Shown piece by piece: positions 9,576 to 18,393 of a stretch of DNA of 64,000 nucleotides. How positions within the stretch are numbered: position 1 is the stretch's first letter; every line of letters starts with the position of its first letter. The stretch lies in assembly GCA_020854115.1 (NCBI GenBank), contig JADZGC010000004.1:1665-65664 (forward strand), given 5' to 3'. The position numbers and the translations under genes are program-made. This DNA is from a bacterium (lineage in GTDB: Bacteria; Patescibacteriota; Saccharimonadia; CAILAD01; GCA-016700035). Below the pieces are notes generated by a model. It saw nothing but the letters and a program-made list of their open reading frames with translations, did not search any database and was not told where the DNA came from.

Positions 9576-10832
9576 ATGAAACTAGTTATGGTTCATCGAG
9601 TGAAATATTTCTGGAGGAACCGACATCAAGGTTCGGCCGCACTGCTGACGACAATAGCGATCTCGGCTGCATTGGTAGTATTGTTTGTTGGCATTACGAC
9701 GATTACCACTCGCGAAGTCAGGCAATCGATTGCGACCGACCACTCCAATCGTGCCCTCTATGCCGCTCAAGCTGGCGTCGAAGATGCTGTGCGGCGCTTG
9801 AATGAGGATGTCGACTTTGCGAACGAAGAGAATACATGTAATGCAAGTAACAGCGGGAACGCAGTTGATGTAGGGGTCGGCACGAATGCTGCCTGGACGT
9901 GTAGAACAATATCGCTCCAGTCCTCGACTATCGAAGGACGACTTGATAAAGACCAAGCGGTGACGATCAATCTCGCCAAATCAGTAAAAAATGATGGTAC
10001 GACACCGGCTGAAGTGAAATATATGAGTATTCAGTGGAGCAAGTCGGATTTTGATACGAATAACCCGGTTGGTAGCTTAACGACTTACGATCGCTTCTTG
10101 CCGGGTACGGGTGGATGGGGTAATCGAGCGGCAGCCATTCAGGTGACAGGTGTTTGGTTTCCGAAGCCTAACCTTGCAACTGCAGAGAAGCTCATAGATG
10201 GTACTTTACCTGTCCGAAGCCTCTTGCTGTCTCCGGTTAATTCAGGTGATGCAGATGGCGTACAGGACTTCTCTAATTGGAATCAGGCCTCGAATACTAC
10301 ACTGACAGACTTGAAATCTGGGATGAGCGTCAAGTGTGTAGCAGTCGCTACGTACTCATGCTCTGCTCCAGCCAACTTTGCAGGTGCTGCGAGCACATCG
10401 AATACTTACGCATTGGAAAAAATGATGGCCGCTCCTATATCAAACGGTGACGGTACCGCTGCTGTGGTTAAATGTCAGCTCTCCCAATGTAATCTTGTTT
10501 TGCGCTTGCAGGCCAGATATGCAGCCACTCACTTCCAGATCCGCTTCTATTACGAAGATGGCAGCACATTGAGAGAGGCTCTTGTGCAGGATGGTTATGC
10601 CACGATTGATGTAACAGCACGAAGTGCAACGTATTACCGGCGAGTTGTAGCGAAAAAGAAACTTCTACCGACCGTCACTGATGGGGTGTTTGATAATGCA
10701 CTCTTCTCAGGGGGTCCGATTTGTAAGACCATGACTGTCTATAAAGACAATCGAGGTGCGCCGGATAAGGTACAGCAACCTGACGGTACTCTCATAGAAA
10801 ATGCCCGCGCCGGCTACAATAGCTGCGATTAG
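9576..10832 (+). CDS. PilX-like large minor pilin / putative pilus tip protein
   Basis: It has a PilX_N-like N-terminus (GSAALLTTIAISAALVVLFVGITT...ALYAAQAGVEDAV) with no Glu at +5. The C-terminal half is rich in Cys. An internal start at MVHR is possible. Confidence 0.55.
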   Translation: MKLVMVHRVKYFWRNRHQGSAALLTTIAISAALVVLFVGITTITTREVRQSIATDHSNRALYAAQAGVEDAVRRLNEDVDFANEENTCNASNSGNAVDVGVGTNAAWTCRTISLQSSTIEGRLDKDQAVTINLAKSVKNDGTTPAEVKYMSIQWSKSDFDTNNPVGSLTTYDRFLPGTGGWGNRAAAIQVTGVWFPKPNLATAEKLIDGTLPVRSLLLSPVNSGDADGVQDFSNWNQASNTTLTDLKSGMSVKCVAVATYSCSAPANFAGAASTSNTYALEKMMAAPISNGDGTAAVVKCQLSQCNLVLRLQARYAATHFQIRFYYEDGSTLREALVQDGYATIDVTARSATYYRRVVAKKKLLPTVTDGVFDNALFSGGPICKTMTVYKDNRGAPDKVQQPDGTLIENARAGYNSCD

Positions 10833-10861
10833 TACTATTGCGTAAGTGTGGCGGAAGACTC

Positions 10862-11812
10862 TCAAGCTTTATTATCTGAGTGGAATTGTTTGTGGACTTC
10901 CTTAAGCTGTGGGTTTGTGAGATGAGTGTAGACCTGGGTAGTCGCGACATTGGCATGCCCGAGCATCTCTTGGACGCTGCGTAAGTCCGCGCCGTGCGAA
11001 AGCAGGTCGGTCGCGAATGAGTGCCTGAGTGTGTGTGGTGTTACTTTCTTGGTGATGCCGGCTTTGACGCGATATTTTTCGACGATGCGCTGCACGCTGC
11101 GAGTCGTTAGCCGCATCGGAGACTTGCTGTTGCTGGTATCGGCGCCAGAATAATGAATGAAGAGCGGCTCTTCCTCGTCGGTTCGTGAGTCAAGATAGGC
11201 TTTGAGCGCGTCTTTTGCAACATCGGTGAGAAACACGGGGCGGTCTTTTTGTCCTTTTCCACGGATAGTGAATTCGCCGGACTTGAGGTTGATATTTTTG
11301 CGATTTAGACTCACCAGCTCAGATACACGTAAGCCGCCGGAGAAGAGGAGTAACATCATGGCTCGGTCGCGCTTGGAGGCTTCATTGTCGCCAATCACCA
11401 CCTCGATAAGTCGAGATACTTCCTCGGCCGTGAGAAAGGCGACTTGTGGGCGCTTGACGGTAGCAAGCTCGACTTTCTCAGGCGCTAATGAGGGGATATC
11501 GCGCTTCGCCAAGTACTTTAAGAATGTACGCATGGCGATGAGATGATAATTAATGGTCGTCAGACTCATGGTGCGCCCGTCGTCGCCAGTATGACGGTTG
11601 AGCCACTTGCGCCAGTCTGAGATGGTTTTCTGCGTAATTTTGGCAGGCTTGATATCGCCGGCAAACTCGTAGAAGCGATTGAGGTAGTGTGAATAATTTT
11701 CCATCGTCTTGAGGCTGCGGCCACGCTCTACTTCTAGGTGATCGAGGAAGTCGGCTAGATAATCACTAAACATAGTCCGAGCATAGCGCCTATTCCAGAT
11801 AAGCGCAAGCAA
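10862..11812 (-). CDS. Tyrosine site-specific recombinase, XerC/XerD family
   Basis: The C-terminal catalytic region reads HTLRHSFATDLLSHGADLRSVQEMLGHANVATTQVYTHL, with the R..HxxR..Y catalytic motif. The start is TTG at 11812 or ATG at 11776. Confidence 0.9.
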   Translation of the reverse strand: MLALIWNRRYARTMFSDYLADFLDHLEVERGRSLKTMENYSHYLNRFYEFAGDIKPAKITQKTISDWRKWLNRHTGDDGRTMSLTTINYHLIAMRTFLKYLAKRDIPSLAPEKVELATVKRPQVAFLTAEEVSRLIEVVIGDNEASKRDRAMMLLLFSGGLRVSELVSLNRKNINLKSGEFTIRGKGQKDRPVFLTDVAKDALKAYLDSRTDEEEPLFIHYSGADTSNSKSPMRLTTRSVQRIVEKYRVKAGITKKVTPHTLRHSFATDLLSHGADLRSVQEMLGHANVATTQVYTHLTNPQLKEVHKQFHSDNKA

Positions 11813-11856
11813 TATCTCGCTTGCAATTAACTGTGGACAAGCATAGAATGTGCGCG

Positions 11857-13818
11857 ATGTCTAAAACTAGCTCAAAACAACCCGAAGAACCCCATCTCTT
11901 ACCTAGGCACCTGGCCTTGCCGGTGCTGATTTTAGCTTTAATGACAGTTCCGTGGTTCTTTGGTGGGCGAGAACCGATGGGTTTATTAGTCAATAGTCTG
12001 CTTTCACTGGTACTCTTCGCATCCTGGTTGATCGTATCGCGGTATCAATCCTTGAAGGTAAGTATATATCCGCGTGCTATATTGTGGTCTCTGGTCGCGC
12101 TCTTGGCTTGGTCTGCAGTCGTACTACCACTGTCGATCTCGCGCTACACGAGTATTTTGTACCTGATACCATTCTTGCAGTCTGTCGTGGTCTTTGTAGT
12201 GGCGCGTGATGTGGTCGGAGACAAGTCTGCGCGACGGTTTATTTGGATGCTGTGGACGATGGTAGCACTGGTCGTCTTAGCGATTGGGGCGGTGATTTTT
12301 GTGACGGGTGATTATGATCGCATGACGTCGCTGTTCTATTGGGCGAACCCCTTGGCTACATATTTTATAGTCGCATTGCTAGCTTCCATTCAGCTTATGG
12401 AAGAGCACAATACCGAGCAGCAACAACGTAAGCTATGGCTGATTGCGGCCGGCCTTTTTGGTGGCGGACTTATTCTGACATATTCACGAGCTGCATGGTT
12501 GATCGTGCTGGTGGTGTTAGTGTTGATGGCTTACTCCAGAAAAGACAAAAAAGCATTGCTCACTACTCTCGCAAAAGTTGCAGTGATCGCAGCAGTGACG
12601 GCAGCAGTGCTTGTGACCGTGCGCGTGGCTTTCTTCCGTACTCCGACGATCAATGTCAGCCAGCGGGTGGCTGAGTCGACTACGTCCACCAGTGTGACGG
12701 ATCGATTTGCATACTGGCGTGAGTCGACGGCAATTTTCTCGGCACGCCCTTTGACGGGGTGGGGGATCGGTACTTTTAAGGAAATACACGCTACGTATCA
12801 AGAAGGACCGACCACTGCTGGGGATAATCCGCACTCGACGATCTTCCAGGCATTTGCTGAGCTCGGCGTCGTAGGAGCTGGCATATTCTTACTCTTTATC
12901 GGTGCGCTTGCGCGCTATGCGTATCAGATGTTGCGCGATCCAAAGGTAGAGACTTGGCGTAAGACAGCTATGCTTGCGGTGATCGCGATAGGGCTGCATA
13001 GTTTTCTTGATCTTGTTTCGAATTATCCGGTTCTGATTCTGACCCTAGCACTTTTCTTGGCGATGGCTTTACCGATAACTGAGCACGTGCATCAGATGCG
13101 AATAAAGTCTTGGCGCTTAGGCGTACCCCTAATTGCTTTTGGACTGCTCCTGACGGGCAGTGCGGTGTACACGTATTACAATTATCTTTCGGCGGTTGAT
13201 ACGGAATTTGCAAGCTTGCAGGCAGGCCTTGACCCAGATGACGCGGCAGCTCGCTATGTCGATGTATTTACGCGTCCAGTTTATGATCCAAATTATTTAT
13301 CTGACGCAGCACTCTTGCAGGTCAGTCGCTACCTTACAGAAGAATCTGCACCGGTTTCTCTCCTAGAAGACGGTGAGCGGTACGCCCGACTTGGCATAAG
13401 TCGTGAGCCCTATGATGAGAAACATCATTTCGCACTCGCGCAGATACTTGAGAACCAAGGCAAGACCACTGAGGCCTTGAAGGAATACCAGCGTACACTC
13501 GAGCTTGATCCATACAACTATCCGCCATATCAGGCTGCCTATGCGAAGCTTTTGCGACGCGAGGGATATGTCGATGAAGCGATCGAGGTCTTGCTGCCGG
13601 TCGAGCGCGCATATACCGATGAAGTGATTGCGAATCGGGCACCATTCGGCCTGAAGTCTCAAGTGGCAGCGGCTGAAGTGCTGTTGACGGATCTCTATAT
13701 TGAGCGAGGTAAACTGGATAATGCCGCATACTCATTTGGGCGAGTCAAAGCTCTCGTACCACAGGACGATCCAGTGGTTAATCTACTGCAGACGAAGCTC
13801 GACGCAGCCAAAAAATAG
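11857..13818 (+). CDS. O-antigen ligase / Wzy_C family membrane protein with C-terminal TPR repeats
   Basis: About 10 TM helices include a Wzy_C-like loop (YSRAAWLIVLVV...). The C-terminal ~200 aa are soluble TPR-like (ALKEYQRTLELDPYNYPPY). The start is uncertain (11821 TTG, 11848 ATG or 11857 ATG). Confidence 0.6.
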   Translation: MSKTSSKQPEEPHLLPRHLALPVLILALMTVPWFFGGREPMGLLVNSLLSLVLFASWLIVSRYQSLKVSIYPRAILWSLVALLAWSAVVLPLSISRYTSILYLIPFLQSVVVFVVARDVVGDKSARRFIWMLWTMVALVVLAIGAVIFVTGDYDRMTSLFYWANPLATYFIVALLASIQLMEEHNTEQQQRKLWLIAAGLFGGGLILTYSRAAWLIVLVVLVLMAYSRKDKKALLTTLAKVAVIAAVTAAVLVTVRVAFFRTPTINVSQRVAESTTSTSVTDRFAYWRESTAIFSARPLTGWGIGTFKEIHATYQEGPTTAGDNPHSTIFQAFAELGVVGAGIFLLFIGALARYAYQMLRDPKVETWRKTAMLAVIAIGLHSFLDLVSNYPVLILTLALFLAMALPITEHVHQMRIKSWRLGVPLIAFGLLLTGSAVYTYYNYLSAVDTEFASLQAGLDPDDAAARYVDVFTRPVYDPNYLSDAALLQVSRYLTEESAPVSLLEDGERYARLGISREPYDEKHHFALAQILENQGKTTEALKEYQRTLELDPYNYPPYQAAYAKLLRREGYVDEAIEVLLPVERAYTDEVIANRAPFGLKSQVAAAEVLLTDLYIERGKLDNAAYSFGRVKALVPQDDPVVNLLQTKLDAAKK

Positions 13819-13872
13819 AGGGCGTACAGAGCTTGTCTTAAGTAGTAACATTCGCCCCAGCATCTGTGAAGC

Positions 13873-13881
13873 TGGTACAAT
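13873..13881 (+). promoter_or_regulatory. extended -10 element TGGTACAAT, 11 nt upstream of the dedA ATG (leaderless-type)
   Basis: The same 9-mer occurs at 40010 and 43627, each directly upstream of a gene. Confidence 0.35.
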
Positions 13882-13892
13882 AGCCTCTAGCA

Positions 13893-14528
13893 ATGAGTAT
13901 TTCGGCCCAGCTTCTTGATCTCGCAGTCCACACGATTAACTCGGTAGGGTACCTCGGTATTGGGCTTATATTATTCGTCGTAAATATAGGAGTGCCTATT
14001 CCTTCCGAGGCAGTACTAATTTTGGCTGGCGCGGTGGTGCACGCCGGTACTTTGCAGCTTTGGGTGATCTTGATGATTGGGGTCTTTGTACAGACAGCGG
14101 GGTGTATTGTTGCGTATAGGATAGGACAATACGGCGGGGCACCATTTGTGAAGCGTTACGGTAAATATTTGCTAATTTCTCACGAGGATTATGCAAAAAC
14201 CCAACGCTGGTTTGCGAAGCATGGCTCGCGAGCGATCTTTATCTCGTTGCTAACCCCTGTCGTCAGGGCTTTTATTGGCATAGTTGCTGGTACGAATAAG
14301 GTGGACTTCAAGAAGTTCGTCATACAATGTCTGCTTGGTTCGACGATATGGACCGTGTTGTGGGTCGCCATTGGCTGGTTTCTTGGGGATAGCTGGCGTG
14401 CATATTATGACTATATGCATTATGTGGATTATGCGGTTATCTTGCTGGTGGTATTTTTCGCTGTACGTTTCATCTGGAAGAAAATGCGGATTGCACCACA
14501 GCAGGCTGGGCGAGGTAAGCGGCCGTAG
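13893..14528 (+). CDS. DedA family (VTT/SNARE-associated domain) membrane protein
   Basis: 211 aa with multiple TM helices and the conserved DedA core (GYLGIGLILFVVNIGVPIPSE...). Confidence 0.8.
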   Translation: MSISAQLLDLAVHTINSVGYLGIGLILFVVNIGVPIPSEAVLILAGAVVHAGTLQLWVILMIGVFVQTAGCIVAYRIGQYGGAPFVKRYGKYLLISHEDYAKTQRWFAKHGSRAIFISLLTPVVRAFIGIVAGTNKVDFKKFVIQCLLGSTIWTVLWVAIGWFLGDSWRAYYDYMHYVDYAVILLVVFFAVRFIWKKMRIAPQQAGRGKRP

Positions 14529-14530
14529 TG

Positions 14531-15814
14531 ATGTCACATGATTTGATAGCCAAGTTGCCTAACGACCTTCGCCTGATTGCACGTCGTATGACCGATGCGG
14601 ACAGTGTGACGGTGCATGTTTCTGTGGGGGCTGGGGCTCGACACGAAGATATGGAGCACGAGTATGGCGTATCGCATTTTCTCGAGCATTTGCTCTTCCG
14701 CGGTAGTCAGCGCTATCCGTTGCCAAAAGACATTTATGCTGCGATTGATGGTGTTGGTGGACATCATAACGCCTATACGACTCACGAACTCACGACCTTC
14801 TTTATCAAGGTACCAAAGGATTCTCTCACGACAGCGCTCGATGTGTTGGCAGATCTCGTGCAGCGACCGCTCTTTGATCCGCGCGAGATAGATCGCGAGC
14901 GTGGTGTGATCTTGGAGGAAATGAATGTCTATCGAGACGATCCATCACAGCACGTATTTGACTATGTGGGCGGCCTACTTTGGCCACAGAACGGCTTGCG
15001 ATCGGATATCCTTGGAAGTGAAGATATTATCCGTTCATTACCGCCAGAGTTGATTAAGAATTACCACACAGGTACATACACCCCCGATAATGTCGTGGTC
15101 TCGGTGGCTGGAAATGTGAAGACAGACATTCTCCATAGCCTAGTGGAGCAGAAGTTTGGTGGCTGGCAGGGGGCATATGGCCATAGGCGCGATCAAGGTT
15201 CATCGATCATAGCGCCAGAGAGGATGCATATCTTCCAGCGTGATACAAATCAGGTGCATGTCGTGTTTGCGGCGCGCGGGGTGCCATTGCGACACCCAGA
15301 TGAAGCGGCGCTAAAAGTTCTGACGGCGATACTCGGCCGTGGCTCGTCATCTCGACTGTATGCAAATATCCGCGAACAACGAGGCCTGGCGTATGTCGTC
15401 GATATGCGCTCGGTGGGGTACACCGACACGGGTGAGTGGACCATTTATGCGGGTGTGCGTTCCGATAGCCTCGAGGAAGTAGTCGAGGCAGTGATGCGAG
15501 AGCTGCGTGCCATTCGTGAGCAAGGAGTGAAAACAGAGGAGCTTGATCGTACGAAGCAACTGTTGCGGGGGCGCGTCATTATGGGGCAAGAAACCAATGC
15601 TGCAGTAGCGGATCGATTGGGCTCTGAGTTATTATTGACGGGATCGGTGCGGACGATGGATGAGATGATTGACGCGATTATGCGGGTTACAGCCGATGAC
15701 GTGTTGCGGGTCGCTCAGCGCTATCTCGATCCGTCGGCGATTCGTTTGTCTATCATTGCGTCAGTAAGTGATGAGTCACAGCGTCGCATCGAACAGATCA
15801 TTAATGAAGTGTGA
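14531..15814 (+). CDS. M16 family zinc peptidase (insulinase-like)
   Basis: The inverted zinc motif HFLEH with a downstream Glu is present. Length and domain order are typical of M16B. Confidence 0.8.
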   Translation: MSHDLIAKLPNDLRLIARRMTDADSVTVHVSVGAGARHEDMEHEYGVSHFLEHLLFRGSQRYPLPKDIYAAIDGVGGHHNAYTTHELTTFFIKVPKDSLTTALDVLADLVQRPLFDPREIDRERGVILEEMNVYRDDPSQHVFDYVGGLLWPQNGLRSDILGSEDIIRSLPPELIKNYHTGTYTPDNVVVSVAGNVKTDILHSLVEQKFGGWQGAYGHRRDQGSSIIAPERMHIFQRDTNQVHVVFAARGVPLRHPDEAALKVLTAILGRGSSSRLYANIREQRGLAYVVDMRSVGYTDTGEWTIYAGVRSDSLEEVVEAVMRELRAIREQGVKTEELDRTKQLLRGRVIMGQETNAAVADRLGSELLLTGSVRTMDEMIDAIMRVTADDVLRVAQRYLDPSAIRLSIIASVSDESQRRIEQIINEV

Positions 15815-15824
15815 GGAAATATGT

Positions 15825-16481
15825 ATGAGTGATCGAAAGCCATTAAATGAACAGGTGTTGGTATTACTGGGGCCAGATGCAAAAAAACTCCAGGCTTTGC
15901 GCAACGAACGGACACTCGTCTTGATTAAGCCCGATGCGGTGAAGCGCCAAATTGTCGGCGAGCTAATCACACGCTTTGAGCGCAAGGGATTGAAGCTAGC
16001 CGGCATGAAATTAGTGCAGCCGACTGACGCTACGGCCGGCCAACACTACACTGATAGCGAGCAGTGGCTCAAGGATAGCGGCGAAAGAACCTACAATTCA
16101 TATCTAGACAAGGGTATCGAGCCGCCGATGTCGGCACGCGAGTTGGCCCTGAATACACGCCGCAAATTGATGGAAGGGCTACAAGCTGGGCCGGTGGTGG
16201 CCTTGGTGTTGCAAGGTGCTCATGTTATTGAGATCGTGCGCAAGATGCGCGGTGCGACCAGTCCGCAAGTTGCTGACGTGGGGACGATCGGGTTTGACTA
16301 ATCGGTTGATTCGTATGAGTTGGCCGATGCTGGCGATTGGCCGATTCGCAATGTGATTCACGCTAGTGATAGCGCCGAGAATGCTGAGCGCGAGATTAAG
16401 ATCTGGTTTAAGCTAGGCGAACTGGTTGATTATACGAGCGGGATCGAGCAGATTCTCTATTCTAAAGAGTGGGATAAGTAA
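15825..16481 (+). pseudogene. ndk: Nucleoside diphosphate kinase interrupted by an in-frame TAA (16299-16301)
   Basis: Upstream of the stop the protein reads TLVLIKPDAVKRQIVGELITRFERKGLKLAGMK...GTIGFD. Downstream, in the same frame, it continues [36 protein letters not shown], which contains the catalytic-His motif. It has SD GAGGAA and ATG at 15825. It is a long NDK variant with an insertion of about 45 aa. Confidence 0.6.
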
Positions 16482-16493
16482 AACAGAATCAAG

Positions 16494-16569
16494 TGGCGTC
16501 CCCGGAGAGATTCGAACTCCCGACGCCCTCCTTAGGACGGAGGCGCTCTATCCACTGAGCTACGGGGAC
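16494..16569 (-). tRNA. tRNA-Arg (anticodon CCT)
   Basis: A manual cloverleaf gives GTCCCCG...anticodon loop GTCCTAA...CGGGGAC-G-CCA. The CCA end is encoded. Confidence 0.8.
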
Positions 16570-16663
16570 ATATACTAAAGGGCGCACCCATTATATCAGG
16601 CGTTTCAGATATGCGCGAACCGAAAGGCTTTATTCTTCAGGTGCTGCCTGGTAGCATAAGCGT

Positions 16664-17209
16664 ATGACCAAGCGTGATCGCGTGATTGAGCGGGCTGCTC
16701 AACATGATGTCGATGATGGCCACGAGCCGGACGTGATTTTCGTAGAGCGGCAGTTTCCGATTGTGTTGCGAATACCGTTGATAGTGGGATTATTGATTGT
16801 CCTGGTAGGGCTCGTGCCTTGGTCGATTGCTACAGCGAATGCATATTCGTGGCAGCCACTCACCATCCAATGGCTAATCATGTGGTCAGTGGTTTTGCTT
16901 GGCTATTGGAGCTACCATTTTGCAAGCTGGTATTTTACGGTCCTGATTCTCACTGAAGAAGAATTGACCTTCATTAAACAGAAGGGGTTCTTCCGTCGAT
17001 CTGTCGAAAGTCTGACGCTCAATAACATACAGAGTGTGAACTACACCATCCCTGGCTTGCAGGGTGCAATCTTCCGGTTTGGCAATCTGTCAGTTCAGAC
17101 ACTATCTGGAAGTGGGCATATGATCATCAAGTCGCTATATAAGCCAGCGCGCTTACAGGCTGAAATTCTCGAGGCAGTACAGGAATATGGTTCGACAGAT
17201 GTGGATTAG
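16664..17209 (+). CDS. Membrane protein with bacterial PH domain (bPH_2/DUF304, YdbT-like)
   Basis: Two TM helices are followed by a PH-like domain (TEEELTFIKQKGFFRRSVESL...). Confidence 0.5.
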   Translation: MTKRDRVIERAAQHDVDDGHEPDVIFVERQFPIVLRIPLIVGLLIVLVGLVPWSIATANAYSWQPLTIQWLIMWSVVLLGYWSYHFASWYFTVLILTEEELTFIKQKGFFRRSVESLTLNNIQSVNYTIPGLQGAIFRFGNLSVQTLSGSGHMIIKSLYKPARLQAEILEAVQEYGSTDVD

Positions 17210-17385
17210 ATGGTGTATGATGCACAGGATAATAGTGTAACCTAACGGGGAGTGATATGGCCGACTAAGATAAGGAATCGAAGAAATCCGCCCGCAAAAC
17301 AGCGGCGAAAAAAACTAAAGACAGCAAGGCGTCAAAAAGGGTAACCAAGAAGCAGTCAGCAAAAGAAAAAGTACTTGCTGCAGTT

Positions 17386-18372
17386 GTGGCTGATGATACT
17401 AAGAAAAACGAAACAGTGAAGAAAAAAAGTGCGTTTCGTGCTCGTCTCCAGAAGCTTGGCGTAAAGACCGGTACCAACCGCCGCCTGATCGTCGTCTCTG
17501 CATCGGCAGCTTTGGCAGCTCTACTTATTACTATCACGGTATTCGGCGTGCTTATTTATAAGATGAAGCGCGATGATCGAGCGACCGAAATCGTCGCAAA
17601 TATCATTCCATATCCAGTCCTGAGTGTGAACGGTAACGTTCTCTGGAATGCCGAGACATACGGAACGTATCTCTTCGAGATGCGCAGTATCAAGAAGTTT
17701 TACGAATCGCAGCAAGAAGATCTCTCAAGCGAAGAAGGCAAGAAGCGCCTGGCGGATCTGAAGGAGCAGTTGTTTGGTCAGTTAATTGATCAGCAGATCA
17801 TTGCTCAGGAGGCTGCGAAGGAACGCATTACGGTTACGAGCAAAGAAGTAGAAGAGGAATTCAAGAAGCTTTCCGAAAGCGCTGGTGGCGATGATAAGGT
17901 GAAAGAAACCCTTCAGAAGCTGTATGGCTGGACGGTTGATGATTTCAAGAAAAAGATTAAGTTTAATTTAATACAAAAGAAACTCGCGGATAAGATCACA
18001 AATGATCCTGCGCGTAACGGCGTTGCAAAAAGTAAGGCTGACGATGTGCTGAATCAACTGAAAAACGGTGGCGACTTCGCGGAACTGGCTAAGAAATACA
18101 GTGAAGATACGTCGGCATCGAGTGGTGGTGACCTTGGGTTTATTGCTAAGGGTCAGACAGTCAAGGAATTCGAAGATGCAGCATTTGCACTCGAGGTCGG
18201 TCAGGTGAGCGGAGTAGTTAAGACTCAGTTCGGGTATCACATTATCAAGTCGCTCGAGAAGAAGGATGATCAAGTCAAGGTATCACACATCTTGATTAAG
18301 GGGGTTGATCTCGAGACTTGGTTGCAAGAGCAACGCGATAAAGCAAAGGTAGTTCGTTACTTCACGCCATAA
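17386..18372 (+). CDS. PrsA/SurA-like parvulin peptidyl-prolyl isomerase, membrane-anchored
   Basis: A Lys-rich N-terminus and a TM helix precede the parvulin domain (DFAELAKKYSEDTSASSGGDLGFIAKGQTVKEFEDAAF...FGYHIIK). The open frame extends upstream to an ATG at 17257 but is broken by a TAA at 17266-17268. Confidence 0.7.
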   Translation: MADDTKKNETVKKKSAFRARLQKLGVKTGTNRRLIVVSASAALAALLITITVFGVLIYKMKRDDRATEIVANIIPYPVLSVNGNVLWNAETYGTYLFEMRSIKKFYESQQEDLSSEEGKKRLADLKEQLFGQLIDQQIIAQEAAKERITVTSKEVEEEFKKLSESAGGDDKVKETLQKLYGWTVDDFKKKIKFNLIQKKLADKITNDPARNGVAKSKADDVLNQLKNGGDFAELAKKYSEDTSASSGGDLGFIAKGQTVKEFEDAAFALEVGQVSGVVKTQFGYHIIKSLEKKDDQVKVSHILIKGVDLETWLQEQRDKAKVVRYFTP

Positions 18373-18393
18373 TTTTGAGCTAGGAGGGTCGTT

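Noticed and set aside
1-10869. Identical 9-mer ctcaagctt at positions 1-9 and 10861-10869, considered as a possible direct repeat bounding the pilus locus.
   Set aside because: A 9-mer is expected to recur by chance in 64 kb. The flanks show no extended similarity.
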